DNA of 23,499 nt, filler included, from Folioceros fuciformis (GCA_049999805.1; 5 parts of 5 records of this genome joined end to end with filler, not necessarily neighbours in it), one strand, 5' to 3'. Counted from the first letter of the whole stretch, positions 1-11,200 are shown. Notes: generated from the letters alone by a model not told the origin. Program-made: numbers and translations.

Positions 1-1025
1 GCAGACATAGTAGGGGTCAATCCTGTTGTGCCAAGTCCTAAATCCCTCAGCTGACAAAGAAGCATTTCTATTTTTGCATAATCTCTATTGAACAAATCTT
101 CACGTGTTGCTTGGTTGTCTTGTTGTTGCTCATCATTACTGTTAGCATTCCATGCCTCAAAACTAAGTTGATTCAAGTCTATATCTGACATGCTAGCACT
201 TGCTCTCTCCTGCCATAACCCAGAGTGTTTCCAACAATTTTCCCTTTAACATCGATACTCCAAGCGTTTTCCAACATAGTCACAGCATGATATAGATCAA
301 TAAGAGGAGAATTACCATTTTGAATCTCTTGGATTTGATGCTGAACAAGCCTTTTCCTGTTATTGGCCTTAAAAGACTGTATAATGCTTGCATTCATGGG
401 TTGGTAACGACCCGTAACATTAGGAAGAAAAAATTCAACCCTTGTAATTTGAAGCTTACTTTGTGTCTCAGCTGATAGTTTATGAACAGGAGCATTATCC
501 AAAAGAAGCAAGACATTAGTATAGCCCCTAACTCTCATGTTCGCATCAAAAAAGAGAATAGATTGCTCAAATAAAGCCACTGACATCCAAACATTTGAGT
601 TCGCTGACCAATGAATACCCAAATTCTCCACTCGTCCAATGTTGTGACTAGTAAAAGCTGTGGGCCTCAAGAATTTGTTGATCACAAAGGGTGGTAATTT
701 ATAACTACCATCCATATTGGTTGTCAACGCAACAGTTAGCCTTTCCTTTGGAGTTTTCTTCCCGCTTAGCCTCTTTGTTGCCAATGTTTTGTTCGGTTCC
801 AATCTATAGAACAACCCTGTTTCATCCATGTTAAAAATATCCTGAGGCTCGTATCCTCGCATGATACTTTTAATGTCTTCCATTTTATCTTGAACCACCT
901 GCAATGTATCAGCACTTGCAGCTTCTCCATGCTTCACAAAACCTTTGATGCCATGTCAATGTTTAAACTTTGCTATCAAACCATGAGAAAATGTTAGTGG
1001 TTTTTCCAACCTTTCTGCTTCTGGT
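1..1025 (-). pseudogene. pogo/Tigger-like (Tc1-mariner superfamily) DDD transposase, degraded and truncated at both ends
   Basis: ORF 179-937 has DIFNMDETGL, KERLTV, LLLLDNAPVH and YQPMNASIIQSFK (DDE_1 motifs; the third Asp of QPxD appears as Asn). The upstream in-frame text LTFSHGLIAKFKH*HGI is the end of a CENP-B/Tc5 HTH with a TGA at 956-958. A frameshift near 240 restores NCWKHSG and a frame that stays open to the window start. No TIRs are visible. Confidence 0.88.
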
Positions 1026-1125
1026 NNNNNNNNNNNNNNNNNNNNNNNNNNNNNNNNNNNNNNNNNNNNTTAATTAATTAANNNNNNNNNNNNNNNNNNN
1101 NNNNNNNNNNNNNNNNNNNNNNNNN
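1026..1125. other. Artificial contig spacer
   Basis: 44 N + TTAATTAATTAA (stops in all six frames, 1070-1081) + 44 N. Confidence 0.98.
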
Positions 1126-1204
1126 TTTTCAGCATGCTTCCAAGTAGTGCAAACCAGGGAACTGGCGCTTAGGAGAGATCACCCCGCCTCTGGAGGGCAT
1201 CAAC

Positions 1205-1795
1205 ATGCCTCGGCGAGATCGTAATCGACAACTCCAGAAGCAGCGCTCCTGGAAACATCCAACTTTCCAGTCAGCACCAATTGTTGCCTCACGATCTGCT
1301 GAGGAAAATTTGAGCTCTCACCGGAGAAGCGCCGGGGAAGACATTGCTGGTTGGAACGCCCAAGCAAGGCCGTGTGCAGCCTGTACAAGTGGATTTGGTG
1401 CTCACATGTGCTGTCCGTCAAATCATACATTTGCCGTCAGCCGTTCAGGTCTTGGCTACGGCCAGAACATCACTCAGTACCGTAATCCTTTCGCAGGTTG
1501 CACTAGGCGTCCTTACAGAAAATCAAAATCACATAGTTATCTGCACCCTCAACTGTTTGCTATCTTGCAGTCCCTCAATTCGCAAGGACAAGTTCATACA
1601 AAATTACAGCATAAATTAGGGAGTATCTCTGCAAACAGAGGGAGGGATACAACAAATCTGCTTGTGACAATCTTGAGCAAGTTAGATTTTCTGGATAGGA
1701 AGGTGTGTGCCTTGCTAGATGTCCTCATTTCTTTAGATCTGCTACTTAGAAAGACAGATCCTGCATCTGCAAATGGGTCATCTCATGACCCGTAG
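1205..1795 (+). CDS. Upstream accessory ORF0 of element 1, 196 aa, unknown function
   Basis: Intact ATG ORF (AACATGC context) starting MPRRDRNRQLQKQR with a Leu-rich helical C-terminus. Positional counterparts with shared short motifs occur in elements 2 and 3. Confidence 0.65.
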   Translation: MPRRDRNRQLQKQRSWKHPTFQSAPIVASRSAEENLSSHRRSAGEDIAGWNAQARPCAACTSGFGAHMCCPSNHTFAVSRSGLGYGQNITQYRNPFAGCTRRPYRKSKSHSYLHPQLFAILQSLNSQGQVHTKLQHKLGSISANRGRDTTNLLVTILSKLDFLDRKVCALLDVLISLDLLLRKTDPASANGSSHDP

Positions 1796-1808
1796 AAGCA
1801 CTTAGGTT

Positions 1809-4800
1809 ATGGTCTCACGCCCACCTTCGTCAGAAGGAGGGTCTTCAACCTCTTCTTTACCACACACACCTCTGCAGCGACAAAGGCTCCTCAAGATTCC
1901 TTTGAGAACAACGCCTAAGCCTCAGCCAGTACTAAACATGTCTGGAGTACCAGGCGGAGGAGGAGGGGGAGGCAGTGGTGGTGGAGGAGGTGGCAGTGGT
2001 GGGAGTGGTGGCGGTGGTGGTCAGGCACCCCAAGTACCTTCACACACTACCATCACACATTTCAAGGTTGATTTCAAGGACCGTGATCGCTTTAATGGTA
2101 GCGAGTACGAAATTTGGACAATTCGCCTGCGTACCATTCTAGAAGAGCAGGACTTGCTTGATATTGTTTTGGGAACAATTGTGAAGCCACCAGTTGGTTC
2201 CCCACCTGCTGACATTGAGGCTTGGGCCAAGGCTGATCGCCGAGCTCGGAGCATACTGGTCGCAGGCCTTGATAAGAATATGTTGCACCACGTACAAGGG
2301 CTTGACACAGCTGCAGAAATGTGGTCAACCTTCGACCAGATGTTCCAAACCAAGAACTCTGCGTCTATGGTTAATTCAACCAGGGCGTTCTGGCATCTCA
2401 AGATGAAAGAACACGAGGCGATTGAAGCTCACTTGAACAAATTCAGAGCTCTTAGAGCACGCTTGGCAGCATGTGGCACCAAGTTGGACGAGACACAGGC
2501 AGCAACAGCTTTACTCATGTCTCTACCCTCCAGCTACAGAACTTTTGTGTCCTCGCAAAATAATAATATGCGAGCAGCTGGAGGAGGCAACCTAACTAAG
2601 GTTATTGGAGCTCTGTTAGAAGAAGAAGCTACTCGACATGGGAGTAGGCATGAAGGCAGACACGAAGGAAGCTCTAGTCGAGCTTTATACTCATCTAAGG
2701 GGAAAGGACCTCGCATGTCAAGCGGCAGGCAAGGTGGGAAGCGTACCCCGGAGTTTAAGTCAAACAGTTTTAAGAAAAAGGGAACTTGCAATTGGTGCAA
2801 GATTCCAGGCCATTTTGAGCATGACTGTCGCAAGAAGGCAGCTGGAGAGCCCAAGCGGGTAGGATCTTCCAATGCCGAATCACACTCTGCCACAGTCAAG
2901 AAAACTGGTACAATCTTAGCAACGTGTCTAGTGTCCTCAAACGGGGACAAAAGATGCTGGTTCATGGATTCCGGTGCTTCACATCATGTCTGCAATCAGC
3001 ATGAAGCCTTCACTGATTATAAACCTACACTAAATGGACAGACAGTCCGTGTAGGAGATGATAGAGCTCTGCCCATACTTGGAACAGGCTCAGTTCCCCT
3101 TAGGTTGCCATCTGGACATGAGATCATGCTCCTAGATGTCCTTCATGTACCTAGAATGGTGAAAAACTTGGTGTCAGTTACCAAGCTGAAGGTTGCATTG
3201 CCTAGGGTTCGTATTTTGTTTGAGTCCGAACCTGATGAATGCCACATAGAGCAAGATGGTCAGCTGCTGGCCATCGCTTATCCTTCAAATGACTTGTACA
3301 AACTAGAGTGTACACTCTCGCGCATACATGCAGCTGCACATGTCACGCAGGCTGAACAGACTGCCACCTTCAAACTTTGGCATCATCGACTTGGACACAT
3401 TAATGTGCGAAGAATGAAAGCAGCAGTAGTAGGGAACCTGTACAGGGAGCCCCTCAAGTTTCAGCCACAGTCTAAATTATTCTGTGAACCCTGTATTTAT
3501 GGCAAACATCACAAGTTGCCACATACAGATAAAAATCATACGAGAGCTAAGTCGTTGTTGGAGTTGGTTCACTCAGATTTGTGTGGCCCCATGTCGAAGC
3601 GGTCTTTTGGAGGTGCTAAATATTTCCTCTCCTTCATTGATGATTGGAGTAGGTTCACAGTAATATATTTTCTGTCGAAGAAATCACAAGCGTTAGAGTA
3701 TTTCAAGAACTACCTAGCCAATGCTCAACGACAAACCTCCCATCTTCTGAAGTCACTCAGAACAGATGGTGGAGGCGAGTTTGGATCAAACTCTTTCAAG
3801 CAGTTGTGTAGGGAATTGGGAATATCCAGACAACTTACCATTTCCTACACATCGAAGCAAAATCCCATAGCTGAGAGGAGTAACGGTATACTCCAGGAAC
3901 TGGCTAAGGCCTCCTTAGCTCAAGCAGGGCTGTCACTTGGATATTGGGCAGAAGCCGTGGCAGCCGCTGTTTACGTGAAAAACAGACTACCAACAGCCTC
4001 TGTCCCAGGAAGCACTCCTTTTGAGAGGTGGACAGGCCACAAACCCAGAATCTTACACCTTCGTGTATTTGGCAGTCCTGCCTATGCGTTTGTACCAAAG
4101 GAGAAAAGACGTAAGATGCAACCCAATGCTGAAAAATACCTTTTTGTGGGTTATTCAGAGGGAATAAAAGGGTATAAATTATTCAACCCTGCAAATAGAA
4201 AGATTATTCATGCCAGGAGTGTTGTCTTCGATGAAGCTGCGATCCTGAATCGTGTTCACACTTCATTGCCTGAGAAACATTCAACAGAACCCTCAGTCAC
4301 ATCCGAGATAGACGCAGACTCAGATGCTGATGGTTCATGTCAGACAGAATCAGATGAGAATCTTACCATCTCAGGTGACGAAGTCAATGAAGTAATCTCA
4401 GAACCAGAACAAGATTCGGACACACTGTCTGAATCATCATCAAATCCAGATGAGGAAATTCAGGTTCCTGAAGAAGTCAGTCAGTTTACGTCTGCCTCTG
4501 AGTCAGAATCTGAGGATGGTCAAAATGATGTCATTGAGTCTTCAGGTGGTGAGGACTTCCCTCCTCCACCTGTGACACGTCGATCATCTAGATATCGACC
4601 GACTCGTGATAACTGGACAGTCCGCCCGTATTCACCACCCAGCAACTCCCTCCGAACCTCCAGACGTTCAACACGCACATCAGTACGAAATTCTACACAG
4701 GTCCCTGATCAACCTATACAATTTGGGACTGTACCTTCTGATGAGCAACCCTCACAAACAGAGGAAGCTGCAAAGGCTGTCGTGGAGGACATACCTATAG

Positions 4801-6472
4801 AGGGAGTCTGCATTGCTCAAGCTGAACAGTCACAGAGTATCACAGCGCAATCTCTTGTTGCTGAGCTTGCTGGTGAACCTGCCACAATGGCAGAGGCACC
4901 TGTCAGGACCTCATGGAGCAGACTGGCAGGCAGCAATAAAATCAGAGTATGACAGCCTCATTCAAAACATGGAGGCTGGTGCCCTTACCAGCGAGGAGAA
5001 AAGCTGTAACGTGCAAATGGGTTTTTAAAACCAAGCTGAATCCAGATGGGTCTGTTGCACGCTACAAGGCTAGACTGGTGGCTCGAGGTTTCTCTCAACG
5101 ACCAGGCCTAGACTATCAGGATACTTTTTCTCCAGTGGTCAGGTTTACCTCAATCCGCGTGCTTATGTCGTTTGTAGCTCAGAACGATCTCACAATGCAT
5201 CATATGGATGTTAAAACAGCGTTTCTGCATGGAGAATTAGAGGAAGATGTCTTCATGCAGCAGCCCGAGGGATACGTAGACAAAAAGCATCCTACTCATG
5301 TTTGCAAGCTAATTAAAACCATCTATGGTCTAAAGCAAGCCCCTAGGGCATGGTTCCAGAAGTTCAGTACTTTCCTTAAGTCCTTGGGATTCAAGGAGAG
5401 TGATGCAGATACGAATGTGTATCTCTGCACAGACAGTAACAACTTTGTTATTATAGCTCTGTATGTAGATGATGCATTATTGATTACCAATAGTCCTGGA
5501 GACATGCTAGTGAAAGTGAAAGGTCTGCTGCAAAAACATTTCGAAATGACAGACTTGGGGGTCATACGTTTTTTCCTGGGGGTTCAAATCTTGCTTGTAC
5601 CTGCAAAAGGGGCAGTAATCCTGCATCAGGCACACTACATCAATCTGATGCTTAAGACTTTCAACATGGAGGATGCTAAACCTGTGAGTACTCCACTGGC
5701 TGCCGGAGTGCGTTTATCTAAATTGGACAGTCCAGAGACTGATGCAGAAAGGGCTGAAATGCAAGCTGTTCCTTACCGGAAATTTGTAGGGTTTGCATTG
5801 TATTTATCAACCAGAACACGACTTGATCTCACCCAGGCATGTGGCTCACTCTCCCAGTTTGTGGAAAATCCTGGCACAGTTCATTGGACAGCAAGTAAAA
5901 GAGTTATGCGTTATCTTAAAGGCACAAGAAATCTAGGACTGTGCTATAGAATAGACACAACTGTGAAGAAGCTTTTCCTACAGGGATATACGGATGCAGA
6001 CTGGGGTGGAGACCCAGATACAAGACGGTCAGTGTCTGCTTATTGCTTCATGCTTGCTGGTGCTGCAATTTCATGGCAATCAAAGAAGCAAACATTTGTG
6101 AGTACCTCCACAACGGAGGCGGAGTATGGAGCAGCAGCTGAAAGCTGCAAGGAGGCAGTAGCCAACCGCAGGCTTCTAGCAGATATATCTCAGGAACAGA
6201 CAGAACCCACTCCAGTGTTCTGCGATAATCAGTCAGCACTCCTGCTGGCAAGTAATCCTGTCTACCATGCACGAACAAAGCACATAGATTTGCATCTGCA
6301 CTACGTTAGACAGGCCATAAATCGTAAAGAAGTAGCACTTACATATGTGCCTACTAATTCTAATTATGCAGACCTCCTCACAAAACCTTTAAGTAGGGAG
6401 CGGCATGAGTCTCATCTACAGAGTCTAGGCATGGTTGACATTACTTCATATCTGACACATGCATTAAAGTAG
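1809..6472 (+). pseudogene. Copia gag-pol polyprotein with two frameshifts
   Basis: CNWCKIPGHFEHDC zinc knuckle; WFMDSGASHH protease; LWHHRLGH..CEPC; integrase HSD/RTDGGGEF/AER; GIKGY; RT HMDVKTAFLHG, YGLKQAPRAW, LYVDD; RNase H YTDADW, EAEY, CDNQSA, ADLLTK. The conserved LSGPHGADWQAAIKSEYDSLIQN lies in a third frame, so there are frameshifts near 4899 and 4968. An alternative start is ATG 1938. Confidence 0.95.
1953..2021 (+). repeat. GGN-rich low-complexity tract encoding a Gly/Ser linker at the Gag N-terminus
   Basis: Encodes GGGGGGSGGGGGGSGGSGGGGG. Confidence 0.9.
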
Positions 6473-6752
6473 AACAAAACTGGCATGCAGGTATGCCAAG
6501 AAGGCTTAACCTGCAATGTGTTTGGAGTATGTCACGTTAGTCAGAGTCAAATTCTGAGTCAGACCATTTAGCATAAGTCCTAGGCATAGAGGGAGATTCC
6601 GGTCTCCACAGTGAGCATTCACAATCAGAGTCACTGTCCGTTGTCATGTACGTGCATGTCCTTAGGTGCCCCGCAATCTGAAGAGCTCGTAGCTCTGTGA
6701 CTATAAACACCAGTACGAGGTATCAATCTACAGGAACAGCAGCAGCAAAACC

Positions 6753-7079
6753 CTAAAACCCAGGACTGGACGTACTGTAGCGATGGACAGCAACACATGA
6801 TTCATCAATACTGGAGCTCACTCTGATCATCAGATCTAAGGTTTTGTCATCAAGATATTGTGCTGCAGGGCCTACTGGAGTATGCTTCCGATCTCCACTG
6901 TCAACACTGTTGTGGCAGTTCATATTTGAGCGAAGTGAGGTTTGGACTGCAGCATCCGCAGTTTGAGCGCGAGACAAGCGTCTGAGATCGAGGAGTGTCT
7001 GGAGTACAAGACTAAACACCTAATACAAGATCAAGAGCAACATCATAGCTTGCAGCGAACCGTAAACGATGGTGGACAT
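6753..7079 (-). pseudogene. Antisense accessory ORF of element 1 (108 codons, one internal TAG), hydrophobic N-terminus
   Basis: ATG at 7079 reads MSTIVYGSLQAMMLLLILY*VFSLVLQTLLDLRR, in frame with track ORF 6753-7019 (TAG at 7020-7022). VLQTLLDLRR matches VIQLLIDIAR in the element 2 antisense ORF. Confidence 0.6.
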
Positions 7080-7110
7080 CGTGTTCAAGCTAGGTTAAAT
7101 GCAAGCGTCT

Positions 7111-7119
7111 AAGAGGGAG
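7111..7119 (+). other. Polypurine tract of element 1
   Basis: AAGAGGGAG immediately followed by TG; identical in element 2. Confidence 0.9.
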
Positions 7120-7360
7120 TGTCGCAGAAATATAGGAGTTTAGCCCCTTAATTAATTTATATAGCCGCATGCATAAAACCTTGGCAAAACGTCATCACCT
7201 AACCGACACCGGACGTGTCGGTTAGGATAATGGTCGTGTCCCGTCATCTGGACAGACCTGCTGGTCTTGAACGCTCTCCTCACCTGAGCCCTAATTAACC
7301 TTTCCTTTTCTGCTCTCACAAGCTCTGGTCTACCTGTCTCCTACGCGTCGTACTGCGTTA
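7120..7360 (+). repeat. 3' LTR of element 1 (probably nearly complete, cut by contig end)
   Basis: Starts TGTCGCAG right after the PPT. The contig ends CTGCGTTA, resembling the inverted terminus CTGCGACA. AT-rich start and pyrimidine-rich distal part. Confidence 0.8.
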
Positions 7361-7460
7361 NNNNNNNNNNNNNNNNNNNNNNNNNNNNNNNNNNNNNNNN
7401 NNNNTTAATTAATTAANNNNNNNNNNNNNNNNNNNNNNNNNNNNNNNNNNNNNNNNNNNN
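7361..7460. other. Artificial contig spacer
   Basis: 44 N + TTAATTAATTAA + 44 N. Confidence 0.98.
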
Positions 7461-7462
7461 GT

Positions 7463-7804
7463 GATCAGTTCACCAACAAGAGACATTTTCCAACAAATGC
7501 ACCTAAAACACAAAGTACGGAAGACAGAACCTTTGCTGCTGTTGTACGTGTTGAGAGATTGCTATCTTTGGTGCTACATAATCAAGAATTGTTGGAGAAC
7601 AAATTGGAGACTTTCTTGCCAGGAACGAGAGAACAGATCCCGTGGCTCTGCGAGTCAAAATTACATGTGACTCATAATCTGATAGACAAACTTGCACAAA
7701 AATTATGTGATTTTGATATCAGACTACGAGGGAGCATGGCAGATCTACCTCAGGATACAGGATGCTTGCCGATCTTGTCTTCTGGCAACGGCTCTGAGGC
7801 TTAA
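7463..7804 (+). CDS. Upstream accessory ORF0 of element 2, 5'-truncated (113 codons visible)
   Basis: The frame of track ORF 7559-7804 is open back to the contig start (DQFTNKRHFPTNAPKTQSTEDRTFAAVVRVERLLSLVLHNQELLENKL). IDKLAQKLC resembles LDFLDRKVC of element 1 ORF0. Confidence 0.55.
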   Translation, partial: DQFTNKRHFPTNAPKTQSTEDRTFAAVVRVERLLSLVLHNQELLENKLETFLPGTREQIPWLCESKLHVTHNLIDKLAQKLCDFDIRLRGSMADLPQDTGCLPILSSGNGSEA

Positions 7805-8254
7805 TTCTTTCCGCTGCGCGATGGCAGGAGGATGTCAAGCAGAGGTGCATGTGACCTGGTCAGATACCAAGCGTCATCTCCTAGGTCATGTCGCCTCGCT
7901 GCTGGCATCCCTTGCTCGCTGATAGGTTTGCTAGAGGAGTCATACCTGTTCAGCAGAACTCGACATGGAAGTTAGGGCAAGAAAGTGAACCGTTGTCACG
8001 TGACCTAACTTCTGCGAAAAGTCTTTTCTTTAGTAACAGGACAGTTTGATGAGGAGGTTAGCAAGAGAAGGCTAGGATAACCTTTTACCCCTTCCTCTTC
8101 CTGCTACCCCCCCCCCCCACCAAACTATCCCTGCATTTCTGATTAGTTTTGATGTCCAAATCAATCTGTATGAGCAAATATTAGTTGTGCAGGACGTATA
8201 GGTTTACCTGGATCACCTGGAGGCCATAGCTTTACGGTGTCCTGTTAAACCTGC

Positions 8255-11200
8255 ATGTCCGCAGCACAGCTTGCTGAATTAGCTAAACAGTTTGGTCAGT
8301 TGCACATCAATCCTAAGACACAGTTGAATCCCAAACTCACAGTCATGACGGATCCAACATTTACCTCCGAGTTAAAGGAGAAGGATCGATTCAATGGGAA
8401 TCGATATCCTGTTTGGCGAGTTCGTATCAAGGCAATCCTGGTGGCAAGAGGTGTCTGGAGCATTGTCGACAAAACATATGCCAAACCAAACGCTGCAGCC
8501 ACAGGAACACACAAGCCCACAGCAGACGAGATTGCCAAATGGGATAAATACAACAGCATTGCTGTTGCTCTCCTCATCAATGGCCTAGATGTGGATCTCG
8601 TGCCAGATGTGGAGCACCTTACTGATGCCTACGAGATTTGGGATCAACTAGAAAGAACTTACAAAAGCCAGAATATGATGAGTCTTTGTGCTATACAAAC
8701 TGAGTTGTATACACTGAAGATGAAGGAGGGAGAGAAAATTTCAGCTCATACAAGCCGATTCCGTCAGTTAAGAGCACAGATTACCTCGTTAACTGGTGAG
8801 AAAATACCTGAGTCACAGGCTGTGGCAAGGTTACTCTCAAGTCTGCCCCCGTCATATCAAGCTTTTGTAACAACACAGAATGGACCTGTGAAACCAAGTG
8901 GAGCTGCTGGAGGTTCTGTAAGCTCAATCACATGTGAAGACGTGATTGGTGCTTTGTACCAAGAGGAGCAGTCCCGCTTGAATTCTGCTGGTGTATCTAA
9001 AAACAAAGCAGAAAAGGTGTTAGCTGCAGGCTTTCGACCAAATAAAAACAAGTTCAAGCAATCGCGAACTTCAGCACAAGCAAGACCTGAGAGTGGCCCA
9101 TCATCCTCCAAGAGACCAGGGAATTGTAACTGGTGCGGGATTGCTGGCCACTGGGCTAGGGAGTGCAAGAAAAAGAAGGCTGGTGAACCTCAACGTGCTA
9201 CTAAGAGCGCTGCGAATGTCACCACGAGGGACAAACAGACAGGTGACACTAGACCACCAGTGAAGATACTGACTGTATGTTTGGCTCGTTCTGTACACAA
9301 AGAGGGGAGCTGGTACTTGGATTCCGGCGCAACGTCCCACATCTGCAATGACAAGAAACAGTTTTTCAGTTTTGATGCACACCAATCTGCAGAGACAGTG
9401 CTCCTTGGTGACGAAAAAAACAAAACTAGTCTACAGATACATGGGACAGGTACCTGCAAGTTCAATCTTCATGATGGGTCCATCCTGACGTTGCAAGACA
9501 TCTTGTATGTCCCGTCCATGGCAAAGAATCTGGTGTCCCTAAGCAAACTTATGCAACAGAGGGTTTACCGTATGACTGCCATAGAAGACACCTGCTTGTT
9601 TTTCAGACTGTCTGACCCATCTTTGTACGTCTTCAGAGGTATCCTTGAGAATGACTTGTACAGGTTGGATGTGTACACACATCAGCACGTAGCGAGCCTG
9701 ACATCCACAGATGCACAGAAATTAGCAGTCTTGTGGCATGCCCGTTTATGTCATGCCAACCAACATAAATTAGTGGACATGTCTTTGCAAGCCTGTCATA
9801 AGGAACCCTTACCTCGCTGTTTTAAGGCACTTCCCCCTTGTGAGGCATGCATCATTGCAAAGCAGAAACAACATCCTTTTCCAAACCTAGCCACGTATAG
9901 GGCAAAGTCTATCCTGGAGGTCGTCCATGCAGATCTTTCAGGGAAAATTCAGGTACCTTCCCTGGGTGGTGCCAATTACTACCTTTGCATCACGGACGAT
10001 TTTTCCAGGTATACATGGACTTATCCACTACGACTGAAGAGCGAAACCTTGGAGATGTTTCAGGACTGGTTTGTAACCATACAAAAGCAGACAGGACAGT
10101 CTGTCAAATGCCTCAGGACGGACAATGGCGGTGAATTTGTGAATGACGCCTTTGATGCTTTTCTAGCAGAACATGGAGTTCAAAGACAGTTAACCGTCCC
10201 ATATACGCCACAACAAAATCCAGTGGCTGAAAGGAAAAACCAAACCTTACTCTCCATGACACGTAGCATGCTCCTCTGGGCTGGGCTACCACAAAAGTAC
10301 TGGGCAGAGGCCATCGTAGCTGCAACCTATGTACTCAATCGTCTATTCACCAGTTCAGTTCTTTTGAAGACACCATTCGAAGCCATGTGGAACAGGAAAC
10401 CTAGTTTACTTCACTTACGGGTTTTTGGATCTCGTGCCTTTGCCCTCATACTTGAAAAGAAGAGGCAGAAGTTAGATCCACGTTCACAAGCTCTCATCTT
10501 CATGGGTTATAGTGAAACATCCAAAGCTTATAAATTATACAATCCTGTTTCCCAAACAGCTGTCCTGGCCAGGTCTGTCACTTTTATAGAGCCAACCCGG
10601 CCAGTCACCCCCGGTTTTCAGTCTCATATCACATCCGAGGGAGCCAATTCAGCTGTTGAGGGAGAAACTTTGGATAGTGAAACATCTGAATTTGACTTCC
10701 CTGATGATGATACTGGACCCGCAGCTCCTGCTCCCGTGATTCCTGTTCCAGATGCACAGAACCATGCTGACCCTGAACCAGCTGATGAATCAGATGATGC
10801 AGTGGATGCCCTGCCTGACCCTGTTGCTGATGCCCCTCATCCTGATCAAGATCAATTCCCTCAAGGAGATATACCACCAGACGCTGATGCACCAGAAGAC
10901 TTACCTGACATGCCTGACGTCTTAGATGAGGCAAATGAACCCAGACCAGTCCCTGACCCATTGCCTCAGGATGACGCAGCTCCCGGGCGTTCCAGTCGGC
11001 ACAGACCACCTCCTGAAGAGTGGAAAGAGCCGAGATATTAGTCTCTCGACTTTCGCACCTCCTATGCCGAAGCTGTGTATGCTGCATCAACAACAATTGA
11101 TTTAGAGCCCAAGACTTTGAAGGAAGCATTCTCAGGTCCTGAGAAGGACAAATGGAAGTTTGCAGTTGACGACGAGTTTAACAGTCTTGTTAAAAACCAC

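Larger units (their letters stand above)
1126..7360 (+). mobile_element. Ty1/copia LTR retrotransposon, element 1 (5' LTR absent from contig)
   Basis: gag-pol with PR-INT-RT-RH order, followed by PPT and a TG-initiated LTR. Confidence 0.96.

Noticed and set aside
1163-1180. TGGCGCTTAGGAGAG as a PBS for element 1
   Set aside because: Only a short TGGCGC match. It is not directly preceded by an LTR-terminal CA, and the upstream bases do not match the end of the 3' LTR.
4895-4972. Programmed frameshift between ORFs 1809-4952 and 4949-6472
   Set aside because: There are two separate indels within a conserved pre-RT segment that is continuous in the other three elements, which indicates decay or sequencing error.
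6783-7112. Sense env-like ORF after pol in element 1
   Set aside because: Four stops in 110 codons, about random expectation; the opposite strand carries the conserved motif.
11039-11041. Programmed readthrough of gag-pol stops (also 14702, 15809, 22996)
   Set aside because: The stops fall at different positions in each element, where the siblings have sense codons.
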